A stretch of 64,000 nt of DNA, taken from Elusimicrobiales bacterium (GTDB lineage Bacteria > Elusimicrobiota > Elusimicrobia > Elusimicrobiales > UBA9959). The notes beneath the pieces were generated by a model. That model searched no databases and was not told the origin of the DNA. It saw only the letters and a program-made list of their open reading frames with translations. The stretch covers positions 27,383-91,382 of the forward strand of contig JBAYJD010000004.1 of the NCBI GenBank assembly GCA_041665305.1. The letters run 5' to 3'. Position numbers and translations under genes: made by a program. Below, one piece after another: positions 53,373-61,935 of this stretch; position 1 is the stretch's first letter, and every line of letters begins with the position of its first letter.

Positions 53373-54602
53373 ATGGACCACCGTGACGCCTCCAAACTTG
53401 TCAGCTGGCTTTATGTGGATATGAACTCCTTCTTTGCGTCCGTGGAACAGGAGCTTGACCCCTCGCTGCGCGGCAGGCCCGTGGCGGTGGTGCCGCTGCA
53501 CGCCGATTCTACCTGCTGCATCGCCGTCAGTTACGAGGGGAAGGCTTTCGGCGTAAGGACCGGCACCAAGGTGGGCGAAGCGAAAAGATTGTGCCCCCGG
53601 ATGATCTTTATCGAGGGGAACCACGGCAACTATGTCAGATACCACAATCGGATCGTCGAAGCGGTCGAGTCGTGCCTGCCTGTGGAGGCCGTATGCTCCA
53701 TCGATGAAATGGCGTGCCGCCTGACCGGCTCGCAGCGGGAGCCGGAAGCGGCCGAAACCCTGGCTGTCAAGATCAAAGCCGCCATCAGGACCACGGTAGG
53801 CTCGTCGCTGAAATGTTCCATCGGCGCCGGCCCGAACCGCTATCTCGCCAAGATCGCCGGGGATATGAAGAAACCGGACGGTTTTACGGTTATCCGCCCC
53901 TGCGACCTGCCGGAGATCCTTTATCAACTGAAGCTTCGGGACCTCACCGGCGTCGGGGCGCGGATGGAGGCAAGGCTGAACCGGGAAGGCATCCGCAGTC
54001 TGGAGGCTCTCTGCTCCCTGACGCCCGGGGAACTGGGCCGGGCGTGGGGCAGCGTCTGCGGGGAGGAGCTGTGGCATCTTCTGCGGGGCATGGAACTGCC
54101 GGAAAAATTAACACAGCAAAAATCCATCAGCCACTCCCATGTGCTGCCGCCGGAACTTCGCAATCCGCAGGGCGCGATGCGGATCCTTAAAAAACTTACG
54201 GACAAAGCCGCCGTAAGGCTCCGGCAGGAGGGCTTCTTTGCCTCCGGGATCCAGATCTTCGCCGGGTTCGCGGGGCGGGACGGCTGGAAAGCCCGCTGCG
54301 GATTGATGGAAACCCAGGACACCCTGGCGTTCATCGACGCCGTAAAAACCCTTTGGGAGGAGCTGCCGGAAGGCCCGCTCTTCTCAGTGGGCGTGGCGCT
54401 GACGGGACTTGTGCCCGAAGCGTTCCATGCCCCGTCGTTGTTCGAGAATTACCGCCGGATCAGTCTGATCAAGACGCTTGACCGGCTGAATGTGAAATAC
54501 GGGAAGGACGCCCTCCATTTCGGAGCGACCCACGAAGCCGCGGGGCTGATCCCGCTTCGCATAGCCTTCACCAGGATCCCGGGCGAGGACGAAGGCTGTT
54601 GA
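53373..54602 (+). CDS. dinB: Y-family DNA polymerase (DinB/Pol IV-like)
   Basis: LYVDMNSFFASVEQ (catalytic Asp/Glu), CSIDEM and the KCSIGAGPNRYLAKIAGDMKKPDG block. The only plus-strand gene in the window. Confidence 0.85.
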   Translation: MDHRDASKLVSWLYVDMNSFFASVEQELDPSLRGRPVAVVPLHADSTCCIAVSYEGKAFGVRTGTKVGEAKRLCPRMIFIEGNHGNYVRYHNRIVEAVESCLPVEAVCSIDEMACRLTGSQREPEAAETLAVKIKAAIRTTVGSSLKCSIGAGPNRYLAKIAGDMKKPDGFTVIRPCDLPEILYQLKLRDLTGVGARMEARLNREGIRSLEALCSLTPGELGRAWGSVCGEELWHLLRGMELPEKLTQQKSISHSHVLPPELRNPQGAMRILKKLTDKAAVRLRQEGFFASGIQIFAGFAGRDGWKARCGLMETQDTLAFIDAVKTLWEELPEGPLFSVGVALTGLVPEAFHAPSLFENYRRISLIKTLDRLNVKYGKDALHFGATHEAAGLIPLRIAFTRIPGEDEGC

Positions 54603-54613
54603 GCGGCCGCCGG

Positions 54614-55021
54614 TTACTTTTTATACGGATACCGGGCTTCTATCACCGAGCGGAGGCCGCCGCGCGGCGTGAAGTCTCCGGTGACGGTGCAGGACCTTGG
54701 GCTTACGGCCTTAACGACATCGTCCAGCACGCGGTTGGCGATATTCTCCATGAAGATGCCGCGGTTACGGTATTGCAGAAAATAATACTTGAGGGATTTG
54801 AGTTCCAGGCAAAGTTTTTTCGGCACATACTCTATCGTCACCGTCCCGAAGTCGGGCAGGCCGGTCTTTGGGCAGACCGAAGTGAACTCCGGATGCACGA
54901 TCCTGATGGTATAGGCGCGCCGGTACTGGTTCTCCCACGCCTCTATCGTCGGAAGCTCCAGGTCGTTGACGCTCTGCGCCTGGGCCGAGGTATAACCGAA
55001 TCTGGTCGAGGTGTTTTTCAT
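54614..55021 (-). CDS. queF: NADPH-dependent 7-cyano-7-deazaguanine (preQ0) reductase, unimodular type
   Basis: EFTSVCPKTGLPDFG (catalytic Cys) and the QueF motif ELKSLKYYF. Start taken at ATG 55021 with an AAGGAGAG RBS. Confidence 0.9.
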   Translation of the reverse strand: MKNTSTRFGYTSAQAQSVNDLELPTIEAWENQYRRAYTIRIVHPEFTSVCPKTGLPDFGTVTIEYVPKKLCLELKSLKYYFLQYRNRGIFMENIANRVLDDVVKAVSPRSCTVTGDFTPRGGLRSVIEARYPYKK

Positions 55022-55053
55022 AATACGGCTCTCCTTGTCCGGGCGGCTCTCCG

Positions 55054-57261
55054 TCAAAGTTTCATCTTCCGGAGCCTCAGGGAATTCATTACCACGGAAA
55101 CCGAACTTAAAGCCATCGCGCCGCCGGCGAAGTACGGAGGGATGACCAGGCCGAAGGCCGGGTAAAAAACGCCGGCCGCCAGAGGTATCAATACCACATT
55201 GTAGGCGAACGCCCAGAGCAGATTCTCCATTATGACCTTACGGATCATCCTGGCGAGCTTTACCGCTTTGGCCACTCCGGAGATCCCGCTGTGCATGAGC
55301 GTGATATCCCCGGCCTTTACGGCGATGTCCGTGCCGGACCTTAGCGCGATCCCTATATCGGCTTCGGAAAGCGCCGCGGCGTCGTTAAAGCCGTCCCCGA
55401 CCACGGCGACCTTCCGCCCAAGCGCCTTATGGCGCAGGACGATCTGTCGTTTTTCCTCCGGAAAAACCTCGGCGTAAAATTCGCTTATCCCGAGGGCCGC
55501 CGCCACGGAAGAAACGGCGGCCCGCCTGTCGCCGGAGGCGATCACCGGGATTATGCCCATGGCGCCCAGTTCCCGCACCAGTCCGGCCGCCTCCGGACGG
55601 ACGGCGTCGGAAAGCTCGACGTACCCGATAAAGCGTCCGCCGTCGGCGGCGAGCAGCAGCGAAGCGTCTCCGCCCCGGAACTCCTCCTGCACCTCGGCCG
55701 GCAGTTCTATGCCTTCCTCTATGAACCATTTAGGGCTGCCGGCCCTGATCTCGCGGCCTCGCAGCCTGGCGATTATCCCCTTGCCGGGCACGGCCTCTAT
55801 GGCGGACGGGGCTTCATAATCCCGCACGCGGCCTTCCGCGTACAGCCTGACCGCCTGCGCAAAAGGATGTTCGGACTTGGATTCGGCGCTTAAAAGAAGC
55901 GTAAGGAATTCGTCCTCCGGGATCTTCCAGGAGCGCAGTCTGGATACCGTAAGGCGGCTTTCGGTTATGGTGCCCGTCTTGTCGAAGATCACCACATCGA
56001 CTTTGGAGATGCGTTCCAGCACGGAACCGTTGTTGATAAGAATGCCCAGGCCGGCGGCCCGGCCGAAACCGACCGCCACGGCCATAGGCACGGCCAGCCC
56101 CATGGCGCAGGGGCAGGCCACAGCCAGCACCGCGGCGAAAACGTTCACCGCGCGGGGGATATCGGCGTAATAAAGCCATAAGCCCAGCGCCGTAAAGGCC
56201 GTCAGCAGGACGAAAGGCACGAACCAGGCCGAGATGCGGTCCACCAACCGCTGGGTGGAGGTTTTAGCCGCCTGGCTTTCCTCCACCGCTTTGATGATCT
56301 TCATCAGGACCATATCTTCCCCGACCCCGGTGGCGGTGAATTCGAGCGCGCCGGTCTTATTTATGGTCCCCGCGTAAAGTTTGGAGCCGGGCCCCTTTTC
56401 CTGGGGCAGGGACTCGCCGGTCAGGAGCGCCTCGTCCAGGGCGGAGAAGCCGCTCAGGACCTCTCCGTCCACGGGAGTCTGTTCCCCGGGCCGGAGAGTG
56501 AGAATGTCGCCGGGCAGTATTTCCGAGACCCGCAGCAGTTCTTCCTTTCCGTCCCTGAGGCGGCGGGCGAACTTGGGCGCTATCTTAAAAAGACCGGAAA
56601 CGGCGTCCGCGGCCCTGCTCTTTGAGCGGGCCTCAAGCCAGCGCCCGAGATTTATAAAGGTTATCAGCATGGCCGCTTCATGCCACTGGGCATGGTAATG
56701 CACGGGCATAACGGCGGGGAAGACGGTTATGAACACCCCGTAAAAGAACATTACGCTGGTGCTCAGGGACACGAGCGTGTCCATATCCGCGACATGCGCT
56801 TTAAGCGAACGGAGAAAGCCCTCGTGAAAATGGGAACCGCACCAGCCCCAGGCGAAGGCGGCGGCTATCATCATGGTATACGGCGAAGAGTCAAAAATTC
56901 CGCCCAGCAGCAGCAACCCCGTGACCGCCGCCGAAACGATGAATTTTTTCAGGAAGTAATATTTTTCCCGCTCCAGTCCGGCCCCCGCTATGTTCCCCGC
57001 CCCGGCCGACGATTCCGAAACGGCGAGAGCCTTGTACCCAAGCTCGGTTATCTTGAGCGTGATCCCCTTTGAGGTAGCGAGCTCGGGATCGTAGGTAAGA
57101 AAAGCGGTCCTGGAAGGAAGATGCACGGAAACCCGCCGGACACCGGGCATCCCGGACAGGCCCTTCTCTATGCGCTGCACACAGGAGGCGCAATGGACTC
57201 CCTCCAGCGGAATTACCGCTTTCTTCATGATTTTTTCTTCAGGAACGGAGATTGCCGGCAT
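55054..57261 (-). CDS. copA: Copper-translocating P1B-type ATPase
   Basis: N-terminal HMA domain with GVHCASC, transmembrane CPC (ACPCAMGLA), DKTGTIT and GDGFNDA. Confidence 0.9.
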   Translation of the reverse strand: MPAISVPEEKIMKKAVIPLEGVHCASCVQRIEKGLSGMPGVRRVSVHLPSRTAFLTYDPELATSKGITLKITELGYKALAVSESSAGAGNIAGAGLEREKYYFLKKFIVSAAVTGLLLLGGIFDSSPYTMMIAAAFAWGWCGSHFHEGFLRSLKAHVADMDTLVSLSTSVMFFYGVFITVFPAVMPVHYHAQWHEAAMLITFINLGRWLEARSKSRAADAVSGLFKIAPKFARRLRDGKEELLRVSEILPGDILTLRPGEQTPVDGEVLSGFSALDEALLTGESLPQEKGPGSKLYAGTINKTGALEFTATGVGEDMVLMKIIKAVEESQAAKTSTQRLVDRISAWFVPFVLLTAFTALGLWLYYADIPRAVNVFAAVLAVACPCAMGLAVPMAVAVGFGRAAGLGILINNGSVLERISKVDVVIFDKTGTITESRLTVSRLRSWKIPEDEFLTLLLSAESKSEHPFAQAVRLYAEGRVRDYEAPSAIEAVPGKGIIARLRGREIRAGSPKWFIEEGIELPAEVQEEFRGGDASLLLAADGGRFIGYVELSDAVRPEAAGLVRELGAMGIIPVIASGDRRAAVSSVAAALGISEFYAEVFPEEKRQIVLRHKALGRKVAVVGDGFNDAAALSEADIGIALRSGTDIAVKAGDITLMHSGISGVAKAVKLARMIRKVIMENLLWAFAYNVVLIPLAAGVFYPAFGLVIPPYFAGGAMALSSVSVVMNSLRLRKMKL

Positions 57262-57280
57262 AATTCATCCTGGATCGGGT

Positions 57281-58156
57281 TCAGCTTTTTATGTGAAGCA
57301 GCCACGCTTTTTCCAGATCGCCGGGTTTTTTCCAGAGGTTCGGGAACGCGTCTCCGATGGCGGCATCCGTGGCGGCCCCGGCTTTCAGGCTGGTGATAAA
57401 ACTAGAGAATCCCAGCGTGCTGCCTTCGTTTATCATATAAGCGACCACGGAATACGCCTGGGCGTACCAGCGCTCTACCGAGCCGATCTGCTCGCTCTGC
57501 GGGGCCAGGTTGATCATCTGCGCGAAAGGGATCGGATTGGGCGCGACCTGCGAAACCAGCCGTTGGTTGTAGACGGCCTGGGAGGCGGCGGAGGCGCGGG
57601 TCTCTTCGTATACCGCCAGGCCTTCATTGATCCATTTAAGGTTCACGCTGTTGGCCGGCCCCATGAACTCGTTGAAGATAAGGTGCGTCATTTCGTGCGC
57701 GAGCGTGCCCGCCGCTCCTTCCGACTCGTACACCAGTATGGCGTTGCCGTACGACAACCCGCCCGACCACTCGGGCTGGTTGGTCTTCTTCCGGTATTCG
57801 TCCGCGTCCTTATAGACGACTATGTTGTAAGGTTTGGCCGGAGCGAACGAATAAAGCCCCACATCGCTCATCACGCGGCTGTAGTTCGCCTCGCAGATCA
57901 CGGAATACGCGACCGCCGTTTCGCTGGAATAAGCTTTTACCATGAAATGAGCGCTCTCATAGGTCTTGTAGCCCGGGGCAAGGCCGGCATACGGCGGTTC
58001 GGTCGCCTGCGTGACGGGCGAAGCGGCGGCCATGCTCTTTAATGTTTCTTCGGGCAGGGGCACGCAGCCCGCCGTAAAAAGGCACAGGGCCGCGAAAACG
58101 CAAAGACGCGGCGCCGGGGCGGTTCCGATGATCCTGCAATTTTGCGTCTTTGCCAT
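57281..58156 (-). CDS. Lipoprotein zinc metalloprotease (HExxH, peptidase MA-like)
   Basis: Lipobox LFTAGC and HEMTHLIFNEF. Start taken at ATG 58156, preceded by GGGAGG. Confidence 0.6.
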   Translation of the reverse strand: MAKTQNCRIIGTAPAPRLCVFAALCLFTAGCVPLPEETLKSMAAASPVTQATEPPYAGLAPGYKTYESAHFMVKAYSSETAVAYSVICEANYSRVMSDVGLYSFAPAKPYNIVVYKDADEYRKKTNQPEWSGGLSYGNAILVYESEGAAGTLAHEMTHLIFNEFMGPANSVNLKWINEGLAVYEETRASAASQAVYNQRLVSQVAPNPIPFAQMINLAPQSEQIGSVERWYAQAYSVVAYMINEGSTLGFSSFITSLKAGAATDAAIGDAFPNLWKKPGDLEKAWLLHIKS

Positions 58157-58192
58157 ATTGACCTCCCTGACACCCCGGTCCATGCGCGGCTT

Positions 58193-60358
58193 TTACGAAA
58201 TTTCCAGCATCTGATTGTTCATGCTTATGCGGCTGAACCGGAGGCGATAAGGCAGGCCGGACAGGTCATACCTGAACCGGAGCATCTCCAGCAGGAAGCC
58301 GGGCATATCATAATCGCCGTAAGCGAAATCCTTCAGCCGGAGCTCCAGTTCCGGCGGCTTCGCCGAAAGCGCCAGTTCCCAGTATACGGGGGTTCCTTTG
58401 CGTTCGCCGCTGATCGTGATCGTCTTGTCCAGCTTAACCTCTATTTTTTTCAGACCGCCGTATTTGCCGGTCAGATACCGTTCTATGGCGTAGTTGGTGA
58501 TCCTCGCCGAAACGATCCTGACGGTATCGGCGCCGGTCACCCGGATACCGGCGACGCCGCCAGCCTCCGAAAAACAGGAAAAACCGGTTATCTCGATATC
58601 CAGGCCGTATATGTCGAAATCACCAAGCATGGCGTAAGGGGAAAAGAATTCCGCCCTGGCGTAAACGCCCCGCGCCGGATCAAAACCGGAAAGTTCGAGG
58701 GAACCGTCCTCCATAAAAATCCCCCCCAGATCGAGCTTATGGACGGGATATTTTCCGGGCGGAATGGGAGGCCCGGAGACCGGCCTTTTAGCGTAAATAA
58801 CGAGTTGTGAAAGATCCGACAGATTGAATGCGGCCGTACTGAAGAAAACCTTTGAGAACCAGGGCCGGGAGATCTCCCGCGCCAAAGCGTTCGAACCGCC
58901 CGGCTTGATCGTCCCGAAAGCGGCGGTTTTATAGGCCACGAAATCAGCCAGGCCGAGCGTGCCGGGCTGGTAGGCCGCGAACTTTATACCGGTCCTGTCC
59001 GTCACATCCGAGAGCCCGGCGAGGTTCGCGTGGCTGAAGCTTTCGTCTTCGTCCGCGCCCGCAAGCGCCACCATGGCGGTCTTCCGTCCGGCGGTCCTGG
59101 ACTTAATTTCGGCCATAAGTTTCGGCATCATGTATTGCCCCCCGGAAGGCCTTGGGAGGCCGGCGACGCGCGCGCGGCCCAGGAAAAACGGTCCCACCAG
59201 CCCGGACTGGTTGACCAGCAGGAAGGCCAGGGCCAGGCCCGTCAAGTATGCGCGCACCCGGCCGGGCGTCATCACCGCCACCGCCAAAGCCAGGGGCAGC
59301 AGCGCCGGATACATATATTCGGTCCGGCCCGCGAACAGGAAATAAACCGCCGCGAAAGGGACCCAGAACCAGGCGGCGACTATTTTCTTGGAGGAATACG
59401 GCATGAAGACGGAAAAATACATCCAGACCAGGGCGATGGCCCCGAGAAGAAAGAGCGGAAGTCCGGCGGCCCCGGAAAGGCTTACCAGGTAAAGCCATAA
59501 GCCCGGCCTGAAAACCGCGGGCGCGGTGGAACCGGCATAATATTTAAGCGCCCAGGAAACGGAGGCGAAAGCGTACCAGGGCAGGGCCAGGACCGCGCCG
59601 GGCAGCAGCCCCCTTAGAATGGGCCAGCTTGACAACCGGCCCGAAAGGCCGCTCACCATAAAGGGGACCAGCGGCAGCATGTAGACCCAGAACATGGTGT
59701 CCGCTAAAAAACCGATGCCGAAAAAAATGCCGCATAGGGTGCTCCACTCCGGGTATTCGAATTCCTCCGAATTTATATAGGCCGCGTAGGCCGCCGCGGC
59801 CAGCGCCATGGAGGCCAGGCTGTGGACGGGATGCCTGGCGGATTCCAGGACGAACGGCAGCGCCGCGACAAAACAGGCGCCGAGCCAGCCGGATTTGTTG
59901 TTCCGGTTTTTTTTGACGGCGGTGAAAACGGCCAGGGTCAGCCCCGTCAGGTAAAAACTGTTGACGAGGATCATGGCCCAATTGAGATCGGAGGTGACGA
60001 ACTTCAGAACCGGCACGAAGGTGAGATAATAGAGCGGCGGCACCGGCGCGGCGCCGAAACCGCCCGAAAGCGGCACGAAAATATTCCACACGCCTCCGGA
60101 CCTGAAATGCTCCACGGCCGCGGACACCATCTGAAACCCCGCGGCATCCGCGGCGGTGAATAAATATCCCTGCCGCAGCACCCACTGGGCGGTAAGAATG
60201 GACGCGAAAAGCCCCACGGCAAAGGCCCCGGCCAGGCCCTTAACAAGACTCTCCCGCTCCCGGACCACCAGTTCCTTTTCGAACAGGATGCTTTCAAACG
60301 ACATCCTGTTGGCCAGGAATCTTTTGCGCCAGCCGGAAAGTTCTTTTTGTTCGGTCAT
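58193..60358 (-). CDS. Polytopic GT-C-fold glycosyltransferase-like membrane protein (PMT_2/ArnT-like) with a large C-terminal extracytoplasmic domain
   Basis: The N-terminal ~450 aa are multi-TM, with the PPLYYL loop motif seen in GT39/GT83 enzymes. The C-terminal ~250 aa are soluble and of unknown fold. Confidence 0.45.
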   Translation of the reverse strand: MTEQKELSGWRKRFLANRMSFESILFEKELVVRERESLVKGLAGAFAVGLFASILTAQWVLRQGYLFTAADAAGFQMVSAAVEHFRSGGVWNIFVPLSGGFGAAPVPPLYYLTFVPVLKFVTSDLNWAMILVNSFYLTGLTLAVFTAVKKNRNNKSGWLGACFVAALPFVLESARHPVHSLASMALAAAAYAAYINSEEFEYPEWSTLCGIFFGIGFLADTMFWVYMLPLVPFMVSGLSGRLSSWPILRGLLPGAVLALPWYAFASVSWALKYYAGSTAPAVFRPGLWLYLVSLSGAAGLPLFLLGAIALVWMYFSVFMPYSSKKIVAAWFWVPFAAVYFLFAGRTEYMYPALLPLALAVAVMTPGRVRAYLTGLALAFLLVNQSGLVGPFFLGRARVAGLPRPSGGQYMMPKLMAEIKSRTAGRKTAMVALAGADEDESFSHANLAGLSDVTDRTGIKFAAYQPGTLGLADFVAYKTAAFGTIKPGGSNALAREISRPWFSKVFFSTAAFNLSDLSQLVIYAKRPVSGPPIPPGKYPVHKLDLGGIFMEDGSLELSGFDPARGVYARAEFFSPYAMLGDFDIYGLDIEITGFSCFSEAGGVAGIRVTGADTVRIVSARITNYAIERYLTGKYGGLKKIEVKLDKTITISGERKGTPVYWELALSAKPPELELRLKDFAYGDYDMPGFLLEMLRFRYDLSGLPYRLRFSRISMNNQMLEIS

Positions 60359-60438
60359 AAGTTGTCCCGTTGGAAACGGCTCAGCTTACCGCATGATTAC
60401 TCCGCCCTAAAGGGCGGGGTATGGTAAAAAATTTTTAA

Positions 60439-61416
60439 TCACCGCACTTCCAAAACGCTTTGTTTCTTACGACGCTTCGGCGCGGACATGCGCGCCGGAG
60501 CGGGATGGTCAAGAAGGGCCAGTCTGGCCCGATAGAAAACGCCGTTGGCGGGGTCGAGAGACAGGGCCTTGGCGTAACTTTCACGCGCCGCCGGCATGTC
60601 CTTCAGAAGCGCGCAAAGATCGCCTTTTAAAAGCCAGGCGCGCGCGTAGGACGGAGAGGTTTGCAGCGTCCGCTCCAGGCCGGCCAGCGCGTCCGCGAGG
60701 CGGCCGGCCTTAAAAACCGCCAGGGCGCGCCAGTAGCCGTAGGCCGCGGCGCCGGGCTTGAGCCGCGCGGCTTTTTCAAGATCGTCCGCGGCGCCGGCAT
60801 AATCTTTTGTATCGTATCTGAGCCGGCCGCGCTCGAACCATACCGCCGCAGCCGCGGGACCGGCGTTCAGCAGCAGATCCAGGTCTCCGAACGCCGCCGC
60901 CGGGTCGCCGAGCTTGATGGAAACCAAAGCGCGCTGATACCTTGCCAGCCCGAGTCCCGGATCCAGCTGTATGGCCCTGGAAAGGTCGCTTCCGGCGCCG
61001 GCATAGTCGGAAAGTTTATAACGGGCTATGCCGCGGTTAAGGTAAGCCTGAGCATAGGAGGGATCTGCGTCCAGGGCGGACGACAGATGCTTGACGGCTT
61101 CCGCATACTCTCCCGCGTCCAGATACAGCGCGGCAAGGTTATTGCGGGCCGGACCGTAGGAGGGGTCCAGCTCTATGGCCCTGCGATAGTCGTACGCGGC
61201 CTTCTGCTTGTCCCCCAGTTTCTCATAGACCATTGCGCGGGAGGTGAGCGCTTCCGGATACCGCTTCTTAAGCAGTATGGCCCTGTTATACATTTCTACG
61301 GATTCCATGGCCCGGCCGGACAAAGCCAGGCGGTTTCCCCGCTCGAAATAATATTCCGGCGCCCTGTTGCAGGCGGCCGCTAAAAGGACCAAAATAAGAA
61401 CGAGCTCATGCTTCAT
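60439..61416 (-). CDS. TPR-repeat lipoprotein
   Basis: Lipobox LLAAAC followed by tandem TPR units (A..Y..AI.LDP). ATGA overlap with lspA. Confidence 0.7.
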   Translation of the reverse strand: MKHELVLILVLLAAACNRAPEYYFERGNRLALSGRAMESVEMYNRAILLKKRYPEALTSRAMVYEKLGDKQKAAYDYRRAIELDPSYGPARNNLAALYLDAGEYAEAVKHLSSALDADPSYAQAYLNRGIARYKLSDYAGAGSDLSRAIQLDPGLGLARYQRALVSIKLGDPAAAFGDLDLLLNAGPAAAAVWFERGRLRYDTKDYAGAADDLEKAARLKPGAAAYGYWRALAVFKAGRLADALAGLERTLQTSPSYARAWLLKGDLCALLKDMPAARESYAKALSLDPANGVFYRARLALLDHPAPARMSAPKRRKKQSVLEVR

Positions 61417-61925
61417 AAAGTTCGGGAACCGGCGGTCTCGCAGCCCCCGGTCCTCATGCCTAAGGTCAAAAGGACCGCACCGGCCGTTATCGCGCTGTCG
61501 GCGATGTTAAAGACCGCCGGGAAAAAAGAAAGATCGAAAAAATCCACCACAAAACCGTAAGCCAGCCTGTCGTAAAGATTCCCCAGGGCCCCGCCCAGCA
61601 CCAGAGCGAGGCCCGCTGAAACGGCCGGGCCGCGCCCGGAACACTTCCGCCTGAAAACAAGCAGGGCCGCGATAAGTACCGCGGAAAAAACTATAAAAAA
61701 ATCATTGCTGTCCCTGAACATGCCGAAAGCCACGCCGGTATTCTCGACATAAGTGAGCTTGAAAAAAGGCAGGACCGGCTCCGATCCGGGATACAGATAT
61801 TTGAGGACCAGCGTCTTGGACAGGCGGTCCAGAAAAAAAACAGCCAGGATCAGCGCCGGATCGAGCGCCCTGATAAAAAGGCCCGGCTGCGCCGTGGTTT
61901 CGCGGACATGCTTGAATATACCCAT
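61413..61925 (-). CDS. lspA: Lipoprotein signal peptidase (signal peptidase II)
   Basis: YVENTGVAFG and FNIADSAI catalytic Asp motifs. Classical position downstream of ileS. Confidence 0.9.
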   Translation of the reverse strand: MGIFKHVRETTAQPGLFIRALDPALILAVFFLDRLSKTLVLKYLYPGSEPVLPFFKLTYVENTGVAFGMFRDSNDFFIVFSAVLIAALLVFRRKCSGRGPAVSAGLALVLGGALGNLYDRLAYGFVVDFFDLSFFPAVFNIADSAITAGAVLLTLGMRTGGCETAGSRTL

Positions 61926-61935
61926 AAACTCCGGT

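Noticed and set aside
53364-54077. 237-aa minus-strand ORF opposite the Y-family polymerase gene.
   Set aside because: Shadow ORF. The plus-strand frame carries the catalytic polymerase motifs (VDMNSFFASVEQ, SIDEM), while the minus frame is compositionally biased and motif-free.
54603-54613. GCGGCCGCCGG palindrome between the convergent dinB and queF genes, as a bidirectional terminator.
   Set aside because: It is too short (an 8-bp self-complementary GCGGCCGC core with no loop and no U-tracts) to call a terminator.
55022-55053. Possible preQ1 riboswitch upstream of queF.
   Set aside because: The spacer is only 32 nt and is occupied by the RBS (AAGGAGAG). No preQ1-type stem-loop with an A-rich tail could be fitted.
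60402-60417. ccgccc-taaa-gggcgg hairpin between the TPR lipoprotein gene and the GT-C gene, as an intrinsic terminator.
   Set aside because: The stem is only 6 bp and is not followed by a U-tract on the transcribed (minus) strand.
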